Made by a program: the position numbers and the translations under genes. Below, one piece after another: positions 47,602 to 57,028 of a stretch of 64,000 nt of DNA (position 1 is its first letter; the number at the start of each line of letters is the position of its first letter). The notes under the pieces were generated by a model. That model was not told where the DNA came from, ran no database searches, and was given only the letters and a program-made list of their open reading frames with translations. Origin of the DNA: an uncultured Gammaproteobacteria bacterium (GTDB lineage Bacteria; Patescibacteriota; Patescibacteriia; Magasanikbacterales; UBA922); assembly GCA_964597575.1 (NCBI GenBank), contig CAZQXB010000001.1, positions 128,964-192,963 on the forward strand. The letters are read 5' to 3'.

Positions 47602-47930
47602 TTGAAACTCCTCCACACTTTTAACGAGTCGTGGTCTCTCGTTTTGTAGCAGTGCTTTACTGCGAAAGCGTGTTCGTTTACCCTGGTACGAACCAACCAG
47701 TGTTTCATTATTGTTTCTTTATCTGCATGTTTTTTAATCACATGGATAAAGGAATGGGCTGAAACAACTACCCAGTGGTACACCACCATGATGACAGAAG
47801 AAAAGTAATGAACGGGTTTGCACTCATGCATCCATCATCTGTTTTTCTTGTGTCTATATCAGGAAATTTCTTCCTGCTACTCCTTTCCTGTACATACAAG
47901 CAGTACACGAATAGAGTGGTAGAAAGATAT

Positions 47931-47979
47931 TTTTTTCCTCTCACCCGACTCTTCGTAAAGAGTAGGGAATTGAGGAGGC
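47931..47979. repeat. 48-bp nested-palindrome repeat, copy R3 (diverged stem with compensatory changes)
   Basis: Sequence TTTTTTTCCTCTCACC-CGACTCTT-CGTA-AAGAGTAG-GGAATTGAGGAGG. The stem is ACTCTT/AAGAGT where R1 and R2 have ATTCTT/AAGAAT. Confidence 0.7.
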
Positions 47980-48141
47980 GATCGATTGTTGTGCAAACAA
48001 ATCAATCGCCGTTCTCGAGTTGCAGCCAGGCATTTTGCCCAGCGAACCGAACAGACGTTCGGATCTTTCGCGCCGTTTTTTGAAGACGCGACTTTGGTTG
48101 GTGTGGACTATTTGTTGAGCGCGGTCCGAGCGCCTTTTTTC

Positions 48142-48423
48142 CTAAGTGGTGGCCATTTCGAATGCTTTTGCTCGCTCGGCGAGCCACTCTCGCGGACTGT
48201 CTCGCTTGAAGTGGCTTAGTGCCTCCTTGAACTTGCTTTCTGCGTGCTCGGCCGCCGTTCGGGCGGCTTGATACTCCTTCTCTACCTCCTCAAGGGAGGC
48301 CGAATCATAGAAGTCTTGCCTCCCTCTTTTTTTTGCCATCAGCCGTCTGAACATTAATTCCGATCCGGCTATCAACGAATTGGTCTCTTTTTCGACTTCG
48401 TTAAACTTTGCCTTGGTCATCAT
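48142..48423 (-). CDS. small charged helical protein (island ORFan)
   Basis: Start set at MMTKAKF after GGAGG. 93 aa. Confidence 0.35.
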   Translation of the reverse strand: MMTKAKFNEVEKETNSLIAGSELMFRRLMAKKRGRQDFYDSASLEEVEKEYQAARTAAEHAESKFKEALSHFKRDSPREWLAERAKAFEMATT

Positions 48424-49395
48424 CGTTTTGTCCGTTCTGCCTCCATGTGAGGCGGTTGTGTTCGTGCCACTCTGGCAGCGAATGGTTTTTCGGCGCACGA
48501 ACTTTCATTCCTGCGCTCGTTTTGAAAAACAACTTCCTGTGTTATTTTTCAGAACGAAATAAATTGTAATGATCATCGGCTCTCTATACAGCATTCGTTT
48601 CTCTCGCAAGCTGCACAGCGACCTGTATTTTCCGTGTGTCGGCTGTAGGCCCACACCATACTTCTACAAGTCAGCTGCTTCCTCTGTCGTAGTGCCGACT
48701 GTCCCTACCTCAAGTCATCTTGCGACGAGTTTGAGAAAGGACGCACTCGGTACTACCGTGTCTCGAAAAACACGTGTAGGGATATCGCGGGCGGGGGAGT
48801 GGCGTATTGCTACACCACTCGACCACACTCCCCATATCCACTCCTACCACGTGGGCAAGAGGGAGAATTTGTCGAGATCGAGGTGGGAAACCGCGTTACC
48901 GCAGTTGACCACACTCGGGTACTCATCTGGCGAAAAGGACTCTCTCCGTCTCACTTTCGTCATACTCGTACAGTTGTCTTGCGTTCGCTACAACCCTCAT
49001 TAAAGAGGGGAACTTGCGCCGACAATCGAAGGTAGGTAGGTGCTTCAGGCCTAGTCGTAACTGTATCCTGGCTTTACGCTTCCCTCGATTGTTGGAACAA
49101 AAACGCGCTCTATCCTGCGAGTACCATAAGGTACGTCTGTGGGAGAGAGCGCGTGTAGATTCTATATCTATATATGTACTGTGGTCTCCCGTAGGCTCTC
49201 TCCTTCCCTTGGGTGACCGGTTAAATTGTAAGGTGTTTAGCTTGGGTTACGTCCTCTTGGTCTTTCATCGTAACAGCACAGTATACCCGGTTTTGGTAAA
49301 TTTGTCAATATATGGCGTATGTATTATATATTTATATACTTTAATTTTGCTATATAAAGCTAAATAATGAAATATAAATATACGTCTATAAAAAC

Positions 49396-49424
49396 TTGAC
49401 AAATACAGTAAAGTATGCTATACT
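49396..49424 (+). promoter_or_regulatory. consensus sigma70-type promoter TTGACA-17-TATACT
   Basis: Exact hexamers with a 17-nt spacer, about 125 nt upstream of the trmB-like gene. Confidence 0.55.
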
Positions 49425-49549
49425 TTTGCTATAGTAAGCACAAAAAGATGTCTTCGTACGGGCAACGTACGAATGAGAGACATAAAAAAATGGCTTAAAT
49501 AAGCCAAGCTGTGGATAGTATTTTTCTACTCATTATATATAGGTTGATT

Positions 49550-50302
49550 ATGTCGACACTCAAAGATACGCTCGTCAAAGCCGGGCTACCTGAGCACCAA
49601 GCCGAGGTGTATGTAATTTTAGCGAGTGGAGGAGAAATGCTCGTGCCACAGATTCTTGCCAAAACGGAGCTCTCTCGGGCTACGGTGTACGATGCCCTTC
49701 CAGAATTATTGGTCCGCGGGTTATTGGAGTACCGAAAAGAGGGGAGAGAGGCATACTACAAACCGGTGCATCCAAACAAGCTGTTTGATTTACTGGAACA
49801 AAAAAAGCGCGATACCGCACTTCTTGAAGATGAAATGAAAACGACTATTAAAACCCTCGAAGGATCGTTTAGTTTGGCACAGAATAGAGCCGGGGTGCGT
49901 TTTTTTGAAGGGCTCGATGGTTTGCAAGTTGCGTTGAATGAATCACTCGATGCGAAAGATACGATTTATACGTTCGCTGATAGTAAAACCGTTGATGCCT
50001 ATTTAGCGCAAATTGATAAAGAGTATATCTCCAAGCGACTAAAAAAGCAGATTAAAAAGAAACTCATTTTAACAGACAGCGAAGAATCGAGAAAATATGT
50101 GGCTTCGATGAATACAGAATTCACTGAGGCAAAATTAATTGACCCGGCAAAATACCCATTCACCGTTGCGGTTGAAGTATATAATAACGATGTTTCATTT
50201 TTGTCGGTCAAAGATGGGCACGTGGTTTCCTTTGTTGTCACTCATGAAGAAGTGGCGCGATTTCATCGCTCACTCTTTGAGTTTTTGTGGGACAGGCTCT
50301 GA
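49550..50302 (+). CDS. TrmB-family transcriptional regulator
   Basis: N-terminal winged HTH (LKDTLVKAGLPEHQAEVYVILASGGEMLVPQILAKTELSRATVYDALPELLVRGLL) plus a C-terminal sensor-like domain. Confidence 0.6.
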   Translation: MSTLKDTLVKAGLPEHQAEVYVILASGGEMLVPQILAKTELSRATVYDALPELLVRGLLEYRKEGREAYYKPVHPNKLFDLLEQKKRDTALLEDEMKTTIKTLEGSFSLAQNRAGVRFFEGLDGLQVALNESLDAKDTIYTFADSKTVDAYLAQIDKEYISKRLKKQIKKKLILTDSEESRKYVASMNTEFTEAKLIDPAKYPFTVAVEVYNNDVSFLSVKDGHVVSFVVTHEEVARFHRSLFEFLWDRL

Positions 50303-52690
50303 AACTTTCTCAAAGCCATAGAGTCGTTCAACTTTGCGTTCCCCTAGTTCAAAATGACGAACAAGCTGGTATCCATTTTCCGTGAGTTTTGAAAAAGTCT
50401 GAGAGAGAATGGGAAGATCTTTTGGTACAGTGGCAATAAAAACAATTTGATTTTTTCCATCAAGAGGGAAGTCTCGGGGGGCTTGATGGGCTAGAGCCAT
50501 AAGATCTTCTTTGGAGAGCTTACGCAGTACACTGCTTTTTTCATCTTTGGGAATTTCTATTTCAAACCAACCATGCTTTGTGCCAGGGGCTTCTTTGTCA
50601 TATTTTACTCCTCTAAAACCAAGTTTTTCAACATAATGCGTAAGGGCTAGATTTTCCGGCACCCCTAAGGCCTCAATGGTTTGGGATCCATGATAAGATC
50701 GAATTGTCTCAGCTAAAAACTGTTCGCCAATAGCAGCACTTTTCAGATCGGGCGAAACATTCAGGCTACCAAGATATACACGGTCATCCCCTTTTTCTTC
50801 AGCACGAAGAAAAGCCGCAATACTTTTTTCGCCCTTATCATTTTGTCGCCAAAGTATTCTAAAGTCATTTTTTTGAAGAGCGTCTGAATCTTTTCCAGTC
50901 TGAGGAAAAAGCATAGACCGTACTTCTTTCGGAACTTCTGGCTCATCAGGATAGTTAGCTTCAGAAATAGTTATCATTTCTTCTTTTTCTTCTTCCGTCA
51001 AAGTTTTTCCAGGTTTTATTTCTAAAGAGAGGCCTTGGACAAGGTTCCAATCTACGCCTTCTTTCCCTTTGAAGGTTGCTTTAAAAATAGCGGCCAAGGC
51101 GACGGTCGAGGCTTCAATGCGTTCAAGTTCTTTAAGAAGTGTCTCAGGGTCCTTATCTTCTGCCTCTGCAAAGTGTTGGAGAAGCTGTGCTGCCCGTGCC
51201 GCAGCCTCTTTTGCTGCCACAGCGTGAATATTTGTATCTGAATGGCGAGGAAGAATCGAAGTGACGTATTCATCAATTCTTTCCGAGACGGTCATGACAT
51301 TGCTGTAGGCCGAAAATACTCGTTTGGCCGTTTCTTTTGGTAGGGTTTTGGCAATGGCAAGTGGAGTTTCTAGTCCCGTTTTTCCTGTCGTTGCAAAAGA
51401 CAACGCAGCTCGCGCACCATATTCTTTGAAGTGAAAGAGGAAAGCTGGAACCAATTCTTTACTATCTTCGGGAAGATTTTTTTGCCAGGAAAGGAACCAT
51501 TGTTGTTCGGCAAAAGAGAGGGTTCTCCATGGAACAAAAGGAAGTTCTTTTTCAAGCGCAAGAAGATCATGAGTGTATGATTCAGGAGTGCTTGCATCCG
51601 TTGGAAGAGGAAGAAATTGTCCAAGCTCCAGTAAGCGTTCTTTTGGGGTTACCGTGATCCTCTGACTCTCTCCATGAGGTAACGAGAAAATACCTTTGGT
51701 TTCTCCATGACCATCAACAATGGCAAAGGTGTCATTTTGGGCAATTCGTTCAACGGTGAACTCGGGGCGGTTGTATGCTCCCAAATCCCATGTTTGTCCG
51801 TAACAGGAAAAACCATCTTTCTCTATTTTGTAGGTGTTCTTGGTATTGAGAAAAAGAAGGGTGGTTTCAATATTTTTTTCACCCATGCCTGGAGCATGAA
51901 GTTCGGGGTCAGCTAGTCGTTCTCTGCGTAATTCTTGTTTTGCTTTGAAAAGGGATTGCTCAGTGTAATCTTTATCAATTTTTTTCAGAGCAGTCGATGG
52001 AATGAAAAAAATGCCATCTTGCTTGGCCAGATTGACCACATAATCGATAGTTTTTTTACTTCCAAAGGAGCCTAAGAGATCAGTAATTTTTGCGAGCATG
52101 ACCATGTGTGGGTCAAATGAAGTGTGAAACCCTGATTCAAATTCAGCTTGCATATTGTCTGACTCCTGATCATTCCGAAAATATTCAAGAACCACTTTGT
52201 TTGAGAGTGATAAGTCTGCTGTGTTTTCTTCATCATAAAGCAAGCTTGGGTTTTTTTCAGCAGACTGAGGATTTCTATTTTGGGCATTAATAATCTTCCT
52301 CCTTCGTTCAAGAATAGCCTCTGAAAGTTTTTGGTATGTGGCATCAACCCATTCTTTTGGAAGGTGATTCTGCAGTTTCTGGTCATGAGATATTTTTTGC
52401 AAAATACAATATAGAAAAAAGTCGTCGCCCCGTTCTGGGGAACGTTCGGTATCGTTGTCTTGAAGTTCAGGGAGGGTATCTTCTGGATTTGAGTAGTCGT
52501 ATGTCTCAATTGCAGTAGTGGCGGCAACGCAAAATTCATCCACTGAACCGATCAGCTGAGAAAGAATACGTTTTTCGAGTTCCGGGCGAATTCTTCCTGT
52601 GGTATAGAAATAATCGTTCTTCCTCTTGGCGTAGTCAGTGGCCTCTCTCGCGTCATCTATAAGTTGTCTCTGATACTCAGATGCTTGCAT
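50270..52690 (-). CDS. large hypothetical cytoplasmic protein (806 aa)
   Basis: Long ORF with consistent codon usage. The C-terminal ~150 aa are weakly GNAT-like (…RVYLGSLNVSPDLKSAAIGEQFL…). Confidence 0.5.
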   Translation of the reverse strand: MQASEYQRQLIDDAREATDYAKRKNDYFYTTGRIRPELEKRILSQLIGSVDEFCVAATTAIETYDYSNPEDTLPELQDNDTERSPERGDDFFLYCILQKISHDQKLQNHLPKEWVDATYQKLSEAILERRRKIINAQNRNPQSAEKNPSLLYDEENTADLSLSNKVVLEYFRNDQESDNMQAEFESGFHTSFDPHMVMLAKITDLLGSFGSKKTIDYVVNLAKQDGIFFIPSTALKKIDKDYTEQSLFKAKQELRRERLADPELHAPGMGEKNIETTLLFLNTKNTYKIEKDGFSCYGQTWDLGAYNRPEFTVERIAQNDTFAIVDGHGETKGIFSLPHGESQRITVTPKERLLELGQFLPLPTDASTPESYTHDLLALEKELPFVPWRTLSFAEQQWFLSWQKNLPEDSKELVPAFLFHFKEYGARAALSFATTGKTGLETPLAIAKTLPKETAKRVFSAYSNVMTVSERIDEYVTSILPRHSDTNIHAVAAKEAAARAAQLLQHFAEAEDKDPETLLKELERIEASTVALAAIFKATFKGKEGVDWNLVQGLSLEIKPGKTLTEEEKEEMITISEANYPDEPEVPKEVRSMLFPQTGKDSDALQKNDFRILWRQNDKGEKSIAAFLRAEEKGDDRVYLGSLNVSPDLKSAAIGEQFLAETIRSYHGSQTIEALGVPENLALTHYVEKLGFRGVKYDKEAPGTKHGWFEIEIPKDEKSSVLRKLSKEDLMALAHQAPRDFPLDGKNQIVFIATVPKDLPILSQTFSKLTENGYQLVRHFELGERKVERLYGFEKVSEPVPQKLKE

Positions 52691-52797
52691 ATACTATCGC
52701 ATTCAGTGTATTTGTTTTTTCAAAAAAAGGCAATCATGCCGAATTTCTTTTTTTGTGCTATACTAATCACATATATTTTCTCTTCGCCTGTCATTGT

Positions 52798-53772
52798 ATG
52801 AAAAAGCAATCGCTGTATCGTCGCGCACTCTCACACGCGTTTGATCTTACTCGGAACCATAAAACACTATGGATATTTGGGTTGTTTGCAGCCATGCTTG
52901 GGCAAATGGGTTTTCTGGAATTTTTTAAACGAATTCATTTATTTGGTTATAGCGAAAGCATAATTCCGTTGTATTTTTCGTGGATTCCGGCGATCAAAAA
53001 TGTGCAATGGTCAAATGTCCATATTTCCATGGTTCCGGAAGGATTTATTTGGCTTTTGTGGCTTGTCATTATCATTTTGGCTCTCATGGCGATGCTTGTT
53101 TTTGCAGCGGTAAGTTCGCATGGTGCGCTTATTGCAGCGGCTGCTCAATCGACACTTCGAGCAAAACTTCCCAACTCAGAAACCGCATGGCATGTTGGGG
53201 TATACCATTTTTGGCGCTTACTCGGTGTTCATATTTTTCGTGTCCTTGTGTTTATCGGAGTAGGGTGTTCGATTATGTGGGCTATGTATAACGCATTGGT
53301 TGAGCCAACTGCACAAGACCTTCTTTTGTATATCTTTACTACGGTTTTGGCACTTACGATCGGGCTCGTGGTTGCGGTTTGGTCTATCTATACCGCCGGA
53401 TACATCGTTGTTGAAGATTACGGCTTTATTCCCTCAGTCCGAGCAGGATGGCGGCTCTTTACCGATCACTGGTTGGTGTCGGTAGAGGTAGGGTTTATCA
53501 TGGCGCTTTGTAACATTGCAGCCATTTGCCTAACCTTTTTTGGCGCGCTCCTGTTTTTCTTCCCAGCAGTACTTCTGTGGCTTGTGGCAATTGCGACGGG
53601 GAATGCTGCCATGTACGTTGCAGGATTCCTCTTGGCCGTGGTACTCTTTGTCGGGTTCCTCACGCTGCTCGCTGCAGCGTTCACCGTATTTTCAACATCT
53701 GTCTGGACGACTCTTTTTATGGCCATGCACAAGCAAGGGGTAAAAAGTCGAATTCTAATGTGGATGCGTTAA
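52798..53772 (+). CDS. hypothetical polytopic membrane protein
   Basis: Start set at MKKQSLYRR. Seven or more TM helices. Confidence 0.5.
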   Translation: MKKQSLYRRALSHAFDLTRNHKTLWIFGLFAAMLGQMGFLEFFKRIHLFGYSESIIPLYFSWIPAIKNVQWSNVHISMVPEGFIWLLWLVIIILALMAMLVFAAVSSHGALIAAAAQSTLRAKLPNSETAWHVGVYHFWRLLGVHIFRVLVFIGVGCSIMWAMYNALVEPTAQDLLLYIFTTVLALTIGLVVAVWSIYTAGYIVVEDYGFIPSVRAGWRLFTDHWLVSVEVGFIMALCNIAAICLTFFGALLFFFPAVLLWLVAIATGNAAMYVAGFLLAVVLFVGFLTLLAAAFTVFSTSVWTTLFMAMHKQGVKSRILMWMR

Positions 53773-53805
53773 GAGAATGAGGGGGTCCCGAATTCGTTTG
53801 TTCGT

Positions 53806-55515
53806 ATGTCCAATTATCCGTCTCTTGAAGACCTCACTAAAAAGAAAGAGGAGAAGGTCGACCCAAATGATGTCTCGGCCGGTGCTGTGTTTCACAAAAA
53901 AATGCAGGATTTAGGGCAAAAAGAATTAGAGGTGGATACGATGAGAAAGGCTGCGCAGACCGGTTTTCACCACATTGATCTACGTCATTTTCCGGTAAGT
54001 CAGCAAGCACTTCGCCAAGTTGAGCGTGAGCAAGCCCAGGCGCTTCAAGCGGTGTGTTTCTATTTTACTCAAGATGAGTTCCGTATCGGAGCCGTAAATC
54101 CGGAAGATCCAAAAATCGGAGAGCTGGTGTACGATATTGAAGAAAGAAATCATGCGCGTGGAGCGGTATATATGATTTCTGAGAGAAGTTTCGAATATGT
54201 CTATAAGCTCTATGATACTTTACCCGTTATTAAACCCGTCACAAAAGATGTGACGATTCAGGGGGAAGACCTCCTTAAGGTGCAGGCGGATATTACTGAT
54301 TTCCGTTCTTTACAGGCCCTTCTTTTGAAAGCGAATACAACCGATATTTTAGTATTTCTTCTTGCGGCGGCGCTAAAGCTTGATGCGTCGGATATGCATG
54401 TGGAATCAGAAGCCGAGCGTATCGTGGTTCGTTTTCGTTTAGATGGTATTTTGCATGATGCCGCCACTTTGCCGAAAGAAAGTTTTAAACAACTGGTGTC
54501 GCGGGTAAAATTATTTTCCGCACTCAAAATTAATATTACCGATAAGCCGCAGGACGGTCGTTTTACGGTTAAACTTCCGAACGGTGAGGTCGATATGCGT
54601 GTCTCAACCATGCCAACCGTGTATGGGGAGAGTATTGTGATGCGTATTTTGAAACAGTCGCGTGAAGGGTTAACGCTCGATCAAATTGGTTTATATGGAG
54701 ATGCATATACTCGTTTGAAATTTCAGATTGGTCGTCCAAACGGCATGATTATTACAACCGGTCCAACAGGAAGTGGTAAAACGACGACGCTCTATGCGAT
54801 TATGCAGCTCGTGAATGAGCCTGGGGTAAAAATTATTACCCTCGAAGATCCGGTGGAATACCGCATGTCTGGGATTAACCAAAGCCAGATTGATCGAAGT
54901 CGAGACTACACGTTTGCGAAGGGGCTACGATCAATTTTGCGTCAAGACCCTGACATTGCCATGGTTGGAGAAATTCGTGATTTGGAAACTGCTGACATTG
55001 CAATTCAGGGAGCCCTCACTGGTCACTTGATGCTCTCAACCATCCATACGAATAGCGCGTCCGGTGCTATCCCTCGCTTTTTATCAATGGGAGTAGCTCC
55101 GTTTTTACTCGCTCCTGCGCTTCACTGTGTGATTGGTCAGCGGTTGGTACGCCGACTCTGTGACGCCTGCAAAGTGCCGGCCGATATTCAGGGGGAATTG
55201 AAAGAGCGGCTCGAAAAAATATATGCTCTCATGAAAGAAAGTGAGCGTGTTTTATTTACTCCGGAGACCCCATTTTTTACCGGGAAAGGGTGTGCGAAAT
55301 GTAATGGGATTGGATATAAGGGCCGTATCGGTATTTATGAGGTGTTGACCATGAATCAAGAAATTGAGGCTATTATTTTATCCGGACAAATGAGTGAGTA
55401 CCAAATTGAGGCGAGCGCGGTGAAAAGCGGCATGATTACCATGGTGCAAGATGGAATTTTAAAAGCGCGAGAAGGGGTAACGTCTGTTGATGAAGTGTTT
55501 CGTGTCATTGAGTAG
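53806..55515 (+). CDS. second PilB/GspE-family secretion ATPase
   Basis: Walker A GPTGSGKTTTLYA, a GspE N-terminal domain and CxxC…CxxC (CAKCNGIGYKGR). 569 aa. It is a paralog of the pilB at 3395-5125. Confidence 0.85.
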   Translation: MSNYPSLEDLTKKKEEKVDPNDVSAGAVFHKKMQDLGQKELEVDTMRKAAQTGFHHIDLRHFPVSQQALRQVEREQAQALQAVCFYFTQDEFRIGAVNPEDPKIGELVYDIEERNHARGAVYMISERSFEYVYKLYDTLPVIKPVTKDVTIQGEDLLKVQADITDFRSLQALLLKANTTDILVFLLAAALKLDASDMHVESEAERIVVRFRLDGILHDAATLPKESFKQLVSRVKLFSALKINITDKPQDGRFTVKLPNGEVDMRVSTMPTVYGESIVMRILKQSREGLTLDQIGLYGDAYTRLKFQIGRPNGMIITTGPTGSGKTTTLYAIMQLVNEPGVKIITLEDPVEYRMSGINQSQIDRSRDYTFAKGLRSILRQDPDIAMVGEIRDLETADIAIQGALTGHLMLSTIHTNSASGAIPRFLSMGVAPFLLAPALHCVIGQRLVRRLCDACKVPADIQGELKERLEKIYALMKESERVLFTPETPFFTGKGCAKCNGIGYKGRIGIYEVLTMNQEIEAIILSGQMSEYQIEASAVKSGMITMVQDGILKAREGVTSVDEVFRVIE

Positions 55516-55611
55516 TATTTTTTTATTACAATTTGAGTGTCGCTTTTTTGTTGTGTAAAAAAATGGTATACTGAGGGTGATTTTATTCACGATGTTAGAA
55601 TCGTTGCTTGT

Positions 55612-56757
55612 ATGGTTCGTCGTTCACCTCCACGATCTTCTGTTGTTCACCCTGTTTCTTCATATCGTAAAATCGCGATTTCGTTTCTTTTTATCACGGT
55701 AGTTTTGGTTGTTCTCGTGGTGTCGATTTCTACCAAGCGTGCAACAATTATGATTGAAACACGAGAAGAGCCAAAAACAGTTGAAGGCGCGGTTACCTTT
55801 GTAGCGCGAGAGGGGAACGGGGGAATACCTGCACTTATTACCAGTACCGATGTGATTGTTACGGCAAATGTTGTGCCAACCGGCAGTAAAGATACGGTTG
55901 GTAAAAGTCGTGGTTCAGTCGTACTCATTAATAGCGGCACGACCCCACAGAGCCTTATTGTAAAAACCAGAGTACAAACAGACAGTGGATTGGTGTATCG
56001 CCTGGACACTGCCGCCCGAGTACCTGCGAAAGGCCGGGTAGAGGTCCCTGTTACGGCCGATGGAGAGGGTGGGGTATATGACATTGGCCCAGCCCGTTTT
56101 ACCATTCCTGGCCTCTCGAGCGCTCGTCAGGCCGTAGTGTATGCAGAAAGTATGAACCCTATGGCCGGAGGTGTCATTCGTTTGGGTGCAGTGGGTGAAG
56201 AAGATATAATGCAGGCCCGTGCCCTTTTACGTGAACGGGGTCTTGCTCTCGCTTCAGCTCAGTTCGGGGAAATAAAAGAAGGCGGACAAAGAGAGATGCT
56301 TGTGGAAAAAGAAGAGATGGTGTTTGGGGCAGCACTTGGGGAAAGCGTCTCATTGCTTACAGCCACAGCCACAATTCGCGTGGTCCAGGTTGCATTTACA
56401 AAAGAGAAACTTCGCGGAGCTTCTCTTGAGCTTTTGGCGAAGCAGGCATCGGCGGACACAACCATGCTCGTTCCAGAAAATGACCTGCCAGAAATTGCGC
56501 TTAAGGAATGTTCTGTTTCCGAAGGCACTTGTCGTGGAACGATGCATATCGACGGTACCCTTCGCGTAAACCCTGAGAGTGCTGTACTCCAGCCAAAAAA
56601 CTTTATTGGAAAAACAAAAGATGAAGTTCGGAAACAGATACAAACGATCCCGCTTGTTTCTTGGGTTCAGGTAACACTCACCCCTTCTTGGTTAAGCACT
56701 GTGCCGCAGTTTGCTGATAATATTACGATTCAGATTACCGAAGCCAAAAAACCATAA
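55612..56757 (+). CDS. hypothetical membrane-anchored extracytoplasmic protein
   Basis: Start set at MVRRSPP. One N-terminal TM helix (ISFLFITVVLVVLVVSI) followed by a beta-rich domain. Confidence 0.45.
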   Translation: MVRRSPPRSSVVHPVSSYRKIAISFLFITVVLVVLVVSISTKRATIMIETREEPKTVEGAVTFVAREGNGGIPALITSTDVIVTANVVPTGSKDTVGKSRGSVVLINSGTTPQSLIVKTRVQTDSGLVYRLDTAARVPAKGRVEVPVTADGEGGVYDIGPARFTIPGLSSARQAVVYAESMNPMAGGVIRLGAVGEEDIMQARALLRERGLALASAQFGEIKEGGQREMLVEKEEMVFGAALGESVSLLTATATIRVVQVAFTKEKLRGASLELLAKQASADTTMLVPENDLPEIALKECSVSEGTCRGTMHIDGTLRVNPESAVLQPKNFIGKTKDEVRKQIQTIPLVSWVQVTLTPSWLSTVPQFADNITIQITEAKKP

Positions 56758-56769
56758 AACCTAAACATG

Positions 56770-57028
56770 CTTGACAAAAAAGGTCGGCCGCAGTAATTTA
56801 CCTCTTGCAGAAAAGATACAGAAAGACGCAAACCCGAACAGGGAGAAATAACCGCGATTGAGAGTTATTTCACGGAAAGGCGTTTTCTCTACCACTTTTC
56901 CCATTTTCAAACAATCCATTAAAGAAAATAATCGGGTGGAACCGTCCTTCGCTTTTAAGGACCCCGATACATTGCTGATATGTGTATATCATCGATGTAT
57001 CGGGGTTTTTCTTTTTAACAATATTTGT
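56770..57028 (+). promoter_or_regulatory. thrS leader: candidate T-box riboswitch (antiterminator + intrinsic terminator)
   Basis: A TTGACA promoter lies at 56771. At 56931-56970 the sequence is AUCGGG|UGGAACC|GUCCUU-cgcuuu-AAGGAC|CCCGAU. This reads as helix A1, the canonical 7-nt UGGNACC bulge and helix A2. The mutually exclusive terminator CCCCGATACA…TGTATCGGGG+TTTTTCTTTTT (56962-57016) abuts the ATG. Confidence 0.65.

Noticed and set aside
44412-47979. R1-R3 repeats as a CRISPR array
   Set aside because: There are only three copies at irregular spacing (1.4 kb and 2.1 kb), with genes between them and no spacer-like organisation.
48569-49367. Plus-strand ORFs 48569..49003, 48799..49035 and 49014..49367
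   Set aside because: The composition is not protein-like, no RBS or promoter context is present, and they lie in the putative non-coding stretch.
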